Source: the human T2T-CHM13v2.0 reference genome, Homo sapiens. Taken from it: DNA of 64,000 nt. The position numbers were made by a program, and so were the translations under genes. Positions 18,525 to 34,025 of the stretch are shown in pieces. The notes under the pieces were generated by a model, which was not told the DNA's origin, did not search any database, and saw only the letters and a list, made by a program, of their open reading frames with translations. Numbering within the stretch: the stretch's first letter is position 1; the number at the start of each line of letters is the position of its first letter. Where the stretch lies: assembly GCF_009914755.1 (NCBI RefSeq), contig NC_060925.1; one strand, 5' to 3'.

Positions 18525-19398
18525 TCAGAAAAAAAAAATCAAGATTTAAATATGAAATAGAAAACTGTAAAAGTTATAAGAGATAGAGGAAAAAAAAAAA
18601 CCCTAAATCTTTGAGACCCAGGACTCAGTGAAGAATTCTTAGACATGACTCCATAAATGAAAAAATCCATAAACTGGACTTCAGCAAAATTAAATAGCTT
18701 TTCTCTGTGGAAGAGCCTGAGAAGAGGATGAAAAGGCAAGCTACTGACTGGGAGAAAATATTTATAAACCATATATATGCCAAAGGACTCCTATCTGGGA
18801 AATACGAAGAACTCTTGAATCTCAACAGTAAAACAAACAAATAATCCAACTAGAAAATAGGTGAAAGACCTGAACAACACTTCACTGAAGAAGATATAAA
18901 GATGGAAAATAAGCACATGAAAAGATGTCCACCCATAAGGGAAGTGCAAATTAAAGCCCCAATGAGATGTCACTACATACCTATTAGAACAGCTGAAATA
19001 AAAATTGTGGCAATGCAAAATGCAAGCAAGGATGCAGAGAAACTCCGATGAGAATGTAAAATGATACACTTCCTCTGGAAAATAGTTCGACAACTTCTTA
19101 AAAACTAAACAAGCACCAAACATATAGCCCAGCAATTGCACTCCTGAGCATTTATCATAGAGATACAAAAATACATGTCCACACAAAACCTGTACATAAT
19201 TATTCCTCGCAGCTTTATATGTAATAGTCAAAACAGGAAGCAAACAAAATATCTTTTAATGGGTGCATGGTAAAACAAACTGTGGCACAAGCATATCGTG
19301 GAATACTATTCAGCAAGGAAAAAGAATTAACCATTGAAACACACAGCAACTTGGATGGATATCAAGGGCATTGTGCTGAGTGAAAAAGCAAAATCTTA

Positions 19399-20458
<1,060 letters not shown>

Positions 20459-20777
20459 CATACCATATGATTCTATTTATACCATATTCCTTAAATAACA
20501 AAAGTATAGAGATGAAAGACAGATAAGTGGTTGCCAGGGGATGGTGGGGAGAGGTAGAGGACCTAACTAGAAAGGAATAGTGGAAGGAGATCTCTGTGGT
20601 GATGGATAGTTCTGATTTTATTGTGCTGGTTGTTATACAACTCCACATGTGTGATAAAGGGACAAACAACTACACACGCACACTGTGCCAATGTCAATTT
20701 CCTGCTTTGCCATTGTACTGGAGAATGGAACCCAGAAACCGCATGAGAGATGTTCCTGTCTTGGCAAATTCCTGTGA

Positions 20778-21008
<231 letters not shown>

Positions 21009-21137
21009 TAGTAGAGACGGGGTTTCACCATGGCCAGGCTGGTGTTGAACTCCTAACCTCAGGTGATCTGCCCGCCTCAGCCCCCCAGAATGCTAGGATT
21101 ACAGGCGTGAGCCACAGCGCCCAGCCAGAAGGAAGGC

Positions 21138-21207
21138 TTCCCTGACCAGGAATCGAACCCGGGTCGTGATGGCGAGCGCGGAATCCTAACCACTAGACTA
21201 CCAGGGA
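21138..21207 (-). pseudogene. tRNA-Glu(CTC)-derived pseudogene, 2-nt deletion at the anticodon loop
   Basis: Minus strand reads TCCCTGGTAGTCTAGTGGTTAGGATTCCGCGCTCGCCATCACGACCCGGGTTCGATTCCTGGTCAGGGAA: 70 nt versus 72 nt for tRNA-Glu-CTC; A box and B box (GGTTCGATTCC) retained. Confidence 0.92.
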
Positions 21208-22841
21208 GTGTCCTAAAAACTTTTAAAAAATGGATTACAGTTCCATTGAAACTCACTAATTACTCATAAATACTTTTGAAAAGCATTTTATAACGAACTT
21301 TGTTGCAGTCTGGGGTGTGGATGGAACTTTGTTGCAGAGATACTCCTTTAAATCAGGATTAAGTCCAGCACTTTGGGAAACCGAGGTGGGAGGATCGCTT
21401 GAGCCCAGGAGTTTAAGACTGGCCTGGACAACACCGTGAATCCCAGTCTCTACAAAAACACTAAAAATCAATTAAAAATTAGCTGAGTGTGGTGGTATGC
21501 ACCTATAGTCCCAGCTATTTAGTAGGCTGAGGCAGGAGGATTGCTCGAGCTCTGGAGTTCGAGGCTACAGTGAGCTGTGATCGCACCATTGCACTTCAGC
21601 CTGGGTGACACAGTGAAACTCTGTCTCAAAAAAACAAAAGACAAAACTGAAATCAGGTTTAAGTGAGAACGCAGAGGTTTAAACTGGAGGTGTAGACCTC
21701 AAAAAAAGAATGAAAGAGCAAACCACAGAATAGGAAAAGATATTTGCAGCTCATGAACAGCAGACTAAAAACTTCCTATACGTTAGTAAGAAAAGGACAG
21801 ACAATCCTATGAGAAAATACTCAAAAGACTTGATCAGGCCCTTCACTAAAGAGGAAATCCAAATAGCCAAAATAACATGAAAAGGCGTCTAACCTCACTA
21901 GCAACCAGGAAGTGTAAGTTAAAACCACAATGAGATACAACTATCCACCCACCATATCGATAAAAATAATCTGATGATACCAAGAGTTATCAGGGGATGT
22001 GGAGTAACAGGAAACTCATTACCGCCAGGGGAGTGTAAATGGGGTCCAATCATTTAGGAAAACAGTTTGGCATATTCACGACCAAGATACACATGTTCCT
22101 TGTAGCTCAGCAACGTTATTTCTAGGTTAAAAAACAAAACCAAGCCAGAAACACGTGTTTACGTGTGCTGAGATACACGGACAAAAATATTCAAACGTCA
22201 TTACATGTAATAACCCCAAGCTGGAAATGATCCCGCTGTCCATCAGTACTAGAATAGGTGAACAATGATGTCATCATTCAACAAGAGTGTGCAACAGTGG
22301 AAATCAACTAAAGATGAACTCAACATGGATGAATCTTCATGATACAACGTTGAAAGAAGAAGCAAGATACAGAAAACAGTGTGATTCTATTTGTATGAAG
22401 TTCACAAGCAGCCCAATAAAACTGTGTTATTAGGTAGCAAAACTACAGCAAAAGGAAGTTAATACCATACAAGTCTAGATGTGGTTAGCAGTAGTGGGCA
22501 AAGAGGGCTGTGATCTAGAAAGGGCATGCCAAGGGCTTCGGGAATGAGTTATGTTCCACTTCTTTACCCTGGTAGAGTTATTTGAATGTTTGTTTACAAC
22601 AATTTGTTAAACTTTACATTTATGCATTTTTCTGTATAGGTCACAATGTATAAAAGTTCTATATTGCTTTAAAAAGAGCCTTTAAATACATTAGCATAAT
22701 TTATTAGATAAGACTTTACTGGCTGAGCGCAGTGGCTCACGCCTGTAATCCCAACACTTTGGGAGGCTGAGGCGGGCGGATCACCTGAGGTTGGGAGTTC
22801 AAGACCAGCCTGGCCAACATGGAGAAACCCCGTCTCTACTA

Positions 22842-22994
<153 letters not shown>

Positions 22995-23511
22995 TCAAAA
23001 AAGAAAAAAAAAGACTTTACTAATGCTGTTCCTGCATATATATTTTTAACAATCTCCAAATAGGCACATTCTGGTCTTACATGGTGCTTTGGGTTAAAAT
23101 TTTGCTCTCAAAAAGCTCCTTTTATTATATCCCTCTTATTAAGTCTTATTAAGCCTGTTATGTCTCATCCTAATGTCCATGAAGACAAAAAACAGATTGC
23201 CTTCCATCTATATACTTTTTCAAATAAATATCAATGGCTTTTGTCTAGTGGATGCTGACTCAGTGCCAGGCACTTGCTGAGTACCTTACAGAAATAATTG
23301 TTGAACAAGTGAATGAATGAAATTCATTATTGAAATTTTTCATGTAATCCATACTGGTGCTGTAATAATTCATTTGTTAAACCCCCTTCAAGCTCCCTCT
23401 TTGTTCTCCTTGCCTTCCTCAAATATGGGTCTAAACTCATTTTAAGCCAGTTTATCAACCAGAGGGACATAGAGGGAACATGGTTTTCTGATTCTTCTTT
23501 GCCAGTGTCCT

Positions 23512-23620
23512 CCACACGCACACACACACATACACACACGCACGCACGCGCACACACACACGCACACACACACAGACACGCACACACACACATACACACA
23601 CACACACACATACACATACA
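23512..23620. repeat. Compound (CA)n microsatellite with CG/TA interruptions
   Basis: About 110 bp of almost uninterrupted purine-pyrimidine alternation. Confidence 0.95.
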
Positions 23621-23691
23621 TGCAATAATCCAAGGCTGCAGCATATTTAAATCTGTCATTTTTCTAGAACCGAGGTGTGCTCTTCTATATG

Positions 23692-23915
23692 CAAGCTTTC
23701 TCCACCTCAGCACTATTGACATTTGGGGCAGCATCATTCTTTGCTGGGAGGCTGTCCCGTGCACGGTAGGAGTTGAGCAGCATTGCTGACCTCTACTCAC
23801 TAGATGCAATAGCCCCTAATCACCACCATCACCACCGAGCGGTGAACACTGCAACTGTCTCCAGACACTGCAAATATTCCCAGGGACGAAATTGCCCCTG
23901 CGTGATAGCCACGGG
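23692..23915 (-). mobile_element. MER20 hAT element
   Basis: CCTCAGCACTATTGACATTTGGGGC...GTCTCCAGACACTGCAAAT signature. Confidence 0.75.
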
Positions 23916-24020
23916 GCTATATGAACCTCATTTCTAGAATTTTTTTTAAAATCATATTTTCCTTTCTATTATAAAAAGCCTTGCCTTGCCAGAGCTGTAA
24001 TATGATTATGTTAATCTTAC

Positions 24021-24155
24021 GTTGTTTGAATATATACAGGAGTTTCTTTCTGCCCCGTTTAACAACAGAGAAACGGAGCGTGAGGAAGAACAGCAGGAAG
24101 AGCAACGCAGTCGACGTCAGCGCAAGAAAGAAGGAGATGATCTGCGGAGAGTGTC
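24021..24155 (-). CDS. TNFRSF9: TNFRSF9 coding exon 6 (c.545-679; transmembrane and juxtamembrane)
   Basis: GHSPQIISFFLALTSTALLFLLFFLTLRFSVVKRGRKKLLYIFKQ; TGCAG acceptor, GTAAGA donor; 135 nt. Confidence 0.98.
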
Positions 24156-24309
24156 CTGCAAAACACAGCAAAAGGAGAAACGCATGCAGAAATGTGTTGA
24201 CACTCATACACCCATGTATATATTTACATTGGTAAATTTCTAAGCATGAGAAGAATCACAGCCTTGGGCATCTCCAACCTGCTAATGGAGTAAACTTAGA
24301 AAACTTTTA

Positions 24310-24766
<457 letters not shown>

Positions 24767-24769
24767 TCA

Positions 24770-25563
<794 letters not shown>

Positions 25564-25571
25564 TTAAAAAC

Positions 25572-25602
<31 letters not shown>

Positions 25603-25871
25603 TATGGGACCCTATAATCCCCTTTCCTTGGCATTGATAAAGATATAGACTCTGTTTGGGTGAAGTGTCCTCTGGCACCGCTTACAAATGTGTATCTCAG
25701 ACTGAATAACAAATGCCTGGGAAGAAAACTGCTGGGTCCCTGAGGGCAGGATTCAGGAAGAATGCACGTGGGAGGTGCCTGATATGAGATATCATGATAT
25801 TGGGGCAATTTAGATACAATCTGGAATCACCATAAGATACGCACTTTGGCGTAAAGGCATAGCCCAGTTAC

Positions 25872-26002
25872 CTGGCTCTCTCGCAGGGGCAGGCGGGGTC
25901 ACAGAGGATGCTCCCGGAGAGAGGTCGGCTGGAGATGGTCCACAGACCACGTCCCTCTCCTTCGTCCCATTCACAAGCACAGACTTTCCATCCAAAGAAC
26001 AG
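25872..26002 (-). CDS. TNFRSF9: TNFRSF9 coding exon 5 (c.414-544; CRD4 end and stalk)
   Basis: CSLDGKSVLVNGTKERDVVCGPSPADLSPGASSVTPPAPAREP; TAAG acceptor, GTAACT donor; 131 nt. Confidence 0.98.
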
Positions 26003-27169
26003 CTTAGACAGTTCAATGAAAATAATTTAAATAATTAACTTAGGTCCAGAAGATTCTGGTTTAAAACTTTGTCATTTTTCACCCAATGAAGTAGCCTAGT
26101 GAAAAAGATATATGGGTCTGGGTTCGAAAGCGATGCAAAGATATTTTGAAAAACTTCCACTTGACCATCTGGCTCCCTGCAGCTTTCCATGGCTTCCTTC
26201 TGTTCAGTGACAGCTTAGTTCAGTCTGTCTTGCCTGCTTAGTCTCTCACCCCCAGTTTCTTAATCGGACTTGACCATCTCCGGCACAGATGAAGGCTAGC
26301 ATAGGGTTAGGAGGTCCAGCACTAGCATCAGGCAAACCAGGGTTTGAGCCCTGGGTCTGCTGCTTTCCAGAATGACTTTGGGCAAGTCAAGAAATCTCTG
26401 TAACCCCAGCATGGTGGCTCACGCCTATAATCTCAACACTTTGGTAGGCTGAGGCCAGAGGATCACTTGAGACCAGGCGTTGGAGACCAGCCTGAGCAAC
26501 ATAGCAAGACCCCATCTCTACAAAAATTAAAAGACAAACAAAAATTAACTGATGGTGCATGCCTGTGGCCCCAGCTACTCGGGAGACTGAGGTGGGAGGA
26601 TCACTTGAACCCAGGAGTTTGAGGCTGATCACTTGAACCCAGGAGTTTGACGCTGTCTCAGAAAGAAAAGAAAAAAGAAACCTCCCTAAGCCTCAGTTTT
26701 CTCATCTGCAAAATTAGGATTGTATGTGCTGCCAGAACTGTTTCAAAGAACAAACGAGTGAGAGTCAGTGACACACTCTTGCACATCTGACACGCTGAGT
26801 AAATGGTAGCTATCATTATCACCATCATCGCCATCATTGTTGCTGTTGTTGTGACACCTTTCCCTTGTCCCTTTACCTACCCCAAATCCGCCCGTCCTCC
26901 AGAGCCCAGTTCAAACCCATTTTTCCATGCAGACTCACTTAACAACTCTGAAAAATTTGTATTGAAAGACCTTTTTTAAAAAGCCACTTTCCAGCTGGGC
27001 ACAGTGGCTCACACCTGTAATCCCAGCACTTTGGGAGGCCAAGGCAAGCGGATCACTTGAGGTCAGGAGTGCGAGACCAGCCTGGCTAACATGGTGAAAG
27101 CCCATCTCTACTAAAAATACAAAAGCACTAGCCAGGCGTGGTTGTGTGCACCTGTAATCCCAGCTACTA

Positions 27170-27274
<105 letters not shown>

Positions 27275-28057
27275 TCAAAACAAACAAACAAACAAACAAA
27301 CAAACAAAACAAACAAACAGACCTTTTTAAAAAAGCCACTTTCCAAAGACAGAATTCAGCTAAGTCCGAGAAAATAGTCAATACTTTTCTTGTGAATCAT
27401 GATTCCATTCGTCAGCCACTCTGATGCTGATAAATTGTAAATGACAAAAGCAGAGAGATACCATGATTCCTGTTTCAAAACACTTTATTTTCTCTCAAAA
27501 AAGTCACTTTCCAGTCTGTTACAAACCAATACACTTTTGAAATACAATAAAAATGTAAAAGTAAAATAATAAAAATGATTTTCTAGTAAGAAAATGAAAC
27601 GGAAAAAGAACAAATACATATAAAATACAACGCCCAAATTTTTATTCTTAGTCAACAGACCACATTACTCTGCCAATTTGCCTTAAAAGTTTCTAAATGT
27701 TTACTCTCTAACCCTACACCACTGTCGATGGGGACACAGGACAAGCCATTTGTGGACCAGCACCCATCCACAGACCACAGTGTAAGTTCTGGTTCCACAA
27801 AACAACAGTCACATTCTCTCGTATACTATTGGCTTTTTACCACCTGTGATGGCCTTGTGTGCCCAAGTCTGTGCCACATTTTGGAGGGTAACGAGCAATT
27901 GTTAGTTTCTTCTGTATCATTCTAGGGGCTGGCATTGAACACATGGAGACAGGCTGATCAATGAGAGAAGATAAGAGGCAGCAAAAGAATGAGAAGGAAA
28001 CAGAAAAGAGGCAGACAGCGGCAAAGTTCCACTGGCAATTCTTTTCCTTTCTTTTGA

Positions 28058-28201
<144 letters not shown>

Positions 28202-28552
28202 TGATTTTTTGTAGAGACAGGGTCTCACCCAGGCTGGTTTTGAACTCCTGGGCTCAAGGAGTCCTCCTGTCTCAGCCTCCCAAAGTGCTGGGATTACAGG
28301 CGTGAACCACTGCACGTGCCCAGCCTCCACTGGCAATTCTGATCTAGATGTTCCAGGCACTATTTCTGGAGAAAATGCCCACTTTGCCTATTGAGTTGCT
28401 ACGACCTCACAGTGTTCCCACGCTGCCTATTAGTATGTTACATTCTGTCTACACTTGATGGGTGCAAAAAAGCTTCAATGATAGCATTCCTTATCTTCCA
28501 AAAAATTTAACCCAGATTCTTTATTCCATAAACTAAAGGAAATTATACGTAC

Positions 28553-28619
28553 TTTGTCCAGGGTCGACAGATGCCACGTTTCTGATCGTTAAATGTCCCA
28601 AAGCAACAGTCTTTACAAC
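28553..28619 (-). CDS. TNFRSF9: TNFRSF9 coding exon 4 (c.347-413)
   Basis: GCKDCCFGTFNDQKRGICRPWT(N); CAAG acceptor, GTACGT donor; 67 nt. Confidence 0.98.
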
Positions 28620-29055
28620 CTTGTATTAAAAATGAAAGCAATAATAAAAGGGAAGCATTTTCATCATTTTGTAACTTTTCCTGTGATGAACTTAATATAA
28701 GTCATTACCATAATGCAATCTGCACAAATTGTTCAATAATTCTTGAAACAACACCCTAAGATGGCTAGTTTTTATTTTAATTGTACATAAAGTATTGTAT
28801 ATGTCTGGAACATGTGAAGATTAATGGTTCTGGCAATTAACAAATGTTCTGATTTCAAATTATTTCCATTTATGAAGAAATAACGGAAATATTTTATTAA
28901 TTGAAATATTTTATTAATTAAAATATGATATATCATATACTCCCTTGTTACTTTAAGGTTCTACAAATCTGTTTGTTTATTTTCAAAGGATCAAGATCAA
29001 AGCTAAGTTTGTCTATGTCACAAAACTACACTAGATCAAAGAAACGCAAACGTAC

Positions 29056-29193
29056 CTTTTTTTGTCAGTTCTTGACCTTGTTTACAATCCTGTTCACACA
29101 TGCTGCATCCTGCCCCCAGGCAGTGAAACCCTGGAGTGCAGTCACACTCTGCATTGCTGGTGGAGGAACACTCCTTCCTGGTCCTGAAAACAC
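29056..29193 (-). CDS. TNFRSF9: TNFRSF9 coding exon 3 (c.209-346)
   Basis: GVFRTRKECSSTSNAECDCTPGFHCLGAGCSMCEQDCKQGQELTKK; TGTAG acceptor, GTACGT donor; 138 nt. Confidence 0.98.
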
Positions 29194-29583
29194 CTACAAA
29201 GTCCCCCCAGCCCCCAACATTTTATTACACTTGACCTCCAAATCCAGGAAGCGAATTTATGCTCTGCAGTAAAAATCATGCTCACTCTACTTATAGTGTT
29301 CCCAGTAATTTTAAAGTTTACTTTTAAATCTCCATAAAGACATTTTTACATTTAGGTAAGTAAAAACTTCTCTCTTGTCAAATGAATGTTTCCTCTAATA
29401 TTTAGAAAGCTCAGTCCACAAATAATTGCTGTCACTGGATATTATTGTCCTAGACCTGCTGGTTGGCAGAAGAATCAGTCTTTGACACTTGAGATTTTCA
29501 AAAGAGAGCAGTTAGTAAATGGGAAAGAAAAGCTTATCTTCCCAACTATCTTCTAGAAGAAGAAAATATCTTTGAACTCATAC

Positions 29584-29691
29584 CTTTACACTGCCTGCAT
29601 ATGTCACAGGTCCTTTGTCCACCTGCGCTGGAGAAACTATTTGGAGGACAGGGACTGCAAATCTGATTCCTGTTATTATCACAGAATGTAC
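29584..29691 (-). CDS. TNFRSF9: TNFRSF9 coding exon 2 (c.101-208)
   Basis: GTFCDNNRNQICSPCPPNSFSSAGGQRTCDICRQCK (also in ORF 29546..29746); CTTAG acceptor, GTATGA donor; 108 nt. Confidence 0.98.
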
Positions 29692-29884
29692 CTAAGAAAG
29701 GCAGACAATAGTGGTACACGTTTGACAATGGGCAATCGTCACCCAAGGCATTCCGAAGTTTACAAGAAAATAAGATTATAAAAGAATGATGAGTTTTCTA
29801 GATGCCACAGTGGTGGACATTAGTTTGATTGACTTCCTAAAACAATACATTTGCAAGATTATTCTTTGTGTAATCACAGAATTA

Positions 29885-30269
<385 letters not shown>

Positions 30270-30756
30270 CTATTGAATAAAACAAAATGATTATCTTGAT
30301 TGATGTAGGAGATGAATATGACTGGATCCAGGAGGACATCAATGTCCTACACTAAAATTTAAATGCGACTGACCGTCCCCACTCTGTTAAGCCCTTTACT
30401 ACGCGCTTACTCGCTGCTATGCCCCCAGTCGGAGCACAAAGCCCTACACACAAAACTAACATTTATTGAAGTCTTGCCTTGTGCCATGCACTGTTCTAAG
30501 CCCTTCATTTGATCCTCCCAGCCATCCTATAAAACAGGTTCTCTTATTATCCCCAGATGAGAAAGTCAAGGCACAAGAGGTTGAATGACTTTGCTGTGTT
30601 CACACAGCTAGGTTGTAGCATCCAATAAACATTTGTAAATGAATGAATTTTCATTTTCCTTTCCTTAAAAGGGAGCTCGTTAGCCCTGACTACTAGACTA
30701 ACTGAACCATACTTCCAACAGAGCAGATCAAATGCACATGATAACTGGGTACTCAC

Positions 30757-30856
30757 CAGCTGGGCAGTTACTACAAGGATCCTGCAATGATCTTGTCCTC
30801 TCAAAGTTGAGGACCAGCAACAGAGTGGCTACTATGTTGTAACAGCTGTTTCCCAT
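30757..30856 (-). CDS. TNFRSF9: TNFRSF9 coding exon 1 (c.1-100; signal peptide, start of CRD1); full exon 30757-30940
   Basis: ATG at 30856-30854; MGNSCYNIVATLLLVLNFERTRSLQDPCSNCPA; donor GTGAGT at 30756; acceptor TTTGCAG just above 30940. Confidence 0.98.
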
Positions 30857-31645
30857 GATGAAATCTGGCACAGGTATGATACTAGCAAAGCTGATTCCAA
30901 GAGAATTTTAATCAAATTAGCTGGTCTCACAAATGTCACTCTGCAAAAGATAAACATTTCCAAGGAAAGGTGGTTTCTCCTTTCAAAATTATCTATATTG
31001 CAATCATTACTTATACAATTCTATAAGAGGATAACTCAGGGTTTTTCAGGAACAATTAATGATGCAATATTACGGAAAAGTAGCAGATTCATAGAAACCA
31101 CTAGGACAAGGCAGGCGTGATTAAACACACAGCTTTGTGCCGGTTTGCCAAAGTTTGAGGGTGCATTTTCCATCATGTTCTGCCAAAATGCAGAAATAAC
31201 AATAGCAAGAACTTTTGGGGACTTTCATAGGTACTTTGCAGTACCAACCAGCAATAATGCCAATTACTTATTGCCCCTGAAATAAACTCCTTACAAAGAG
31301 AATCTGTCAGGGGCATCAGACAATTCAGTTCAAGAAGAAGCTATCACATAATCACTCTTCCCCCTTTAGCTGAACACCTAACTACTAACATGTGGAAAGA
31401 CCTCCCTGTTCAACTCACTAACACATTTTCTTAAACAGAGACATGTTTTGAGATGTGAAGTTTGTATGGTAACAAAACTAAGGAGTGAAAAACTCTTCAG
31501 GCTAAGTTATTGATGTTTATTTAAAGGGCTATTGAAGAGAAGTTATTACATATTAGGAGAAAAAGTCTAGAAATGGGCAAAGGGAGCAAAAGTTCCAATC
31601 TCACCCCTTCTCAGTGCCCCCACCCACTCCCCCAGATGGACAGAC

Positions 31646-31795
31646 CTTGAGATCTCAGGGCTGCCGGAGAACTTTCCACTCCTTGGTCTTCAGGCTTCTG
31701 CAGCTCGAGAGGACTTCAGGTCAAACACAGGAGTGCGGTGACTCAGCCAGGGGCGGGGTCTCATGGGAAATTCCCACCACAGCTCTGTGACAGCC
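31646..31795 (-). other. TNFRSF9: TNFRSF9 non-coding 5' exon, overlapping the proximal promoter
   Basis: CATAG acceptor at 31797-31796, donor AAG|GTCTGT at 31645; matches the recalled mRNA leader ...GAGATCTCAAG|AGTGACATTTG. Confidence 0.85.
31669..31775. promoter_or_regulatory. TNFRSF9 inducible promoter module: NF-kB, GC box, AP-1
   Basis: GGGAAATTCCC 31765-31775, GGGGCGGGG 31750-31758, TGACTCA 31739-31745, and a second kB-like GGAAAGTTCT (minus) near 31669-31678. Consistent with the known NF-kB/AP-1 induction of CD137. Confidence 0.85.
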
Positions 31796-32751
31796 CTATG
31801 AAATCATTCATTTCATATCTGCTGACCCCGAAATCCCCTAGAGCCCCCGTCCCTGCCTGATAATGGCACTTCAAATTGCTTCTTGGAAGCAGCTCTCTAC
31901 TGTCAGGATGTGTCACAGATGACGCTGGGAAAACGATTTTGTCCCTTAAGATAGCTCTCCAGGACAAAGCATTTAGCATGTCCTTAAAACACTGGATTTG
32001 AGATTAGAGGAATGAAACCAAATTCAAAACAGTGATCAGCATTTTGCCATATGCGGTCCCCTAACTCCATAGTCACTGTAATGCAATAGCTGCCATTACT
32101 TGAGCACAGCCGATGTGCCAGGCATCAGAGATGCACTGCGGTGAATACACACTATCCTCGAAAGAACCCTAGAACTTGGTATGACTGCTGTTGTTACTGG
32201 GAGAACACTATGCAAATGAGGAAAGTGGGGCTGCAAGTGGAATTAGAGCGTCAACAGGACAGGGAGCAGGCAGGGTTGGAACCCAGGTCGGCCTGGTCCC
32301 TTATCGTGCTCCTCCGGGCATGGGTGACAGAGGGAGGAAGGAGGGAGAAATGGAGGGAAATGGAAACAGGGGAAGCACAGCAGTCACACGGCAAGTCAAT
32401 GACCAGGACGTGGTTCGGTGAAGCTGAGAGCTAGGAGGGATTTTTAGAAAACCATGATTTCAATTTTTCTTTAAAAAAAAAAAAAGGAGAAAGAGACCAG
32501 GCGCGGTGACTCATGCCTGTAATCCCAACACTTGGGAGGCCGAGGTGGATGGATCATCTGAGGTCAGGAGTTTGACACTAGACTGTCCAACATGGCAAAA
32601 ACCTGTCTCTACTAAAATTACAAAAATTAGCAGGGAATGGTGGCGGTGGACCCCTTTAATCCCAGCTACTGAGGCTGAGGCAGGAGAATCGCTTGAACCT
32701 GGGAAGTAGAGGTTGCAGTGAGCCGAGATTGCGCCACTGCACTCCAGCCAC

Positions 32752-33100
32752 AAAAAAAAAAAAAAAAAGAAGAAGAAGAAGAAGAAGAGGAAGAGGAGGG
32801 CAGAGAAAGCAGAAGGAAAAAAAAGTACAGTAAGAGGAGAGGAGGAGTATAAGGAGAAAGAAGAGGGAGAAGAGGAGGAGGAGGAGAAAAATAAAGAGAA
32901 AAGGAGGAGGAGGAGGAAGAAGAAAAGAACAGAAAGAGAAGGGGAAGAGGAAGAGGAGAAGGAAGAATGAGGAGGAGAAAGAATGAGACGGAAGAATGAG
33001 GAGAAGGAAGAGTGAGGAGGAGAAAGAATGAGAAGGAAGAATGAGGAGAAGGAAAAAGGGGTGTTTCTGGAGGAGGAGGAGGAGGAGGAGGAGGAGGAGG
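32752..33100. repeat. Polypurine (GAA/GGA) low-complexity tract ending in (GGA)10
   Basis: Read directly; continuous with the tail of Alu 32495-32770. Confidence 0.92.
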
Positions 33101-33229
33101 CGGCTGCTCCAGGCTGTAGATGAACCTGCCCATCATTGAGCAGCTGGAGAACCTCAGGAAAACCAGGGGAACTGTGGCTGGGGCAGGCGTGGGCTGGGGA
33201 AGGACATCGAGAGTAGCTTGGGCCGTCCT

Positions 33230-33600
33230 CCTGCCCCGCGGTTCCCAGCACGAGCTCTCCCGACAGAAGAGGAAAACGCGGCGCGACTCGGTTGGGGGAC
33301 AGCGCTGAGATGCGGACAGATGCGGACGTTCTGCCGCCGCCTGCAGGCAGAGGGACTCGGAGATCAGGCCGCAGAAGCAGAAGAAGGCAGACGGGAAGGA
33401 GGAGGAAGGAAAGGAGCCTTGTGGCTTCGTGTCCGACCCTCCCGCCCTTGGCCCGCGTGCCTGGAGCCAGCCCCACCGCGCCCGCGTTTCCTCCCGCGGG
33501 ACTTCCCTTGGCCCTGGGTCTGCAGCGGGTCCTGCCGAGCTTCCTTCCCTCAGGCAGCCTCTCTCTCCCTGGCCACTCTCGGGGGTGAGGGGGGTTACCG
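33230..33600. promoter_or_regulatory. CpG-rich segment between the TNFRSF9 distal and proximal 5' exons
   Basis: Visibly high GC and CpG density compared with the flanks. Confidence 0.6.
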
Positions 33601-33997
33601 GTTCCCAGTGATTTTTATTCCCTTTGCTCTCTCACGCCTCATGTTCCCCATTCTCCTGCCTCAGTTGTGTAATCTTGAGCAAATTTCTCAACCTCCCTAA
33701 CTCTGTTTTTGCAAGCACATCTTACAGGTGCAGTGACACCATACATCTTCCTCGTGAGTGAGGATTAAATGAGACGATGAGCATGAAATACTTAGCTCAA
33801 TGCTTGGCACATAGTTCTCAAGAAAGTAGGAATTGCTATGATCAGACTTACTGGTTTGAAATGTTCCTTCCCTGCCTCCCACACTGACCATCAGTAGAGC
33901 CACCACAGGGCAAGTCATGACAGAAAAGGAGAAAAACGCATGAGCTGCCTGCAAAATGTGTTCCCAAATACTGACGGTCATCTGAGAGTTATCTTAC

Positions 33998-34025
33998 CTG
34001 TGACATCTGTGGGATCCCTCCTTGC
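33998..34025 (-). other. TNFRSF9: TNFRSF9 distal non-coding first exon (5' end approximate)
   Basis: CAAGGAGGGATCCCACAGATGTCACAG|GTAAGA: strong donor, matches the recalled 5' end of a long-leader mRNA. Confidence 0.7.

Noticed and set aside
21138-21207. Functional tRNA gene
   Set aside because: The anticodon loop lacks 2 nt and several stem positions are mutated; called a pseudogene.
23327-23809. 160-aa ORF with a CVCV run
   Set aside because: Microsatellite plus MER20 translation.
33100-33180. Coding-looking patch ([14 protein letters not shown] / [14 protein letters not shown]) as a possible retrogene remnant
   Set aside because: No recognisable parent, poly(A) or TSD; too short to support without a BLAST search.
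32511-33476. 321-aa minus-strand ORF, the longest in the track
   Set aside because: Open only because it runs through a GC-rich segment, a polypyrimidine tract and an antisense Alu; S/F/L low-complexity product with no recognisable domain.
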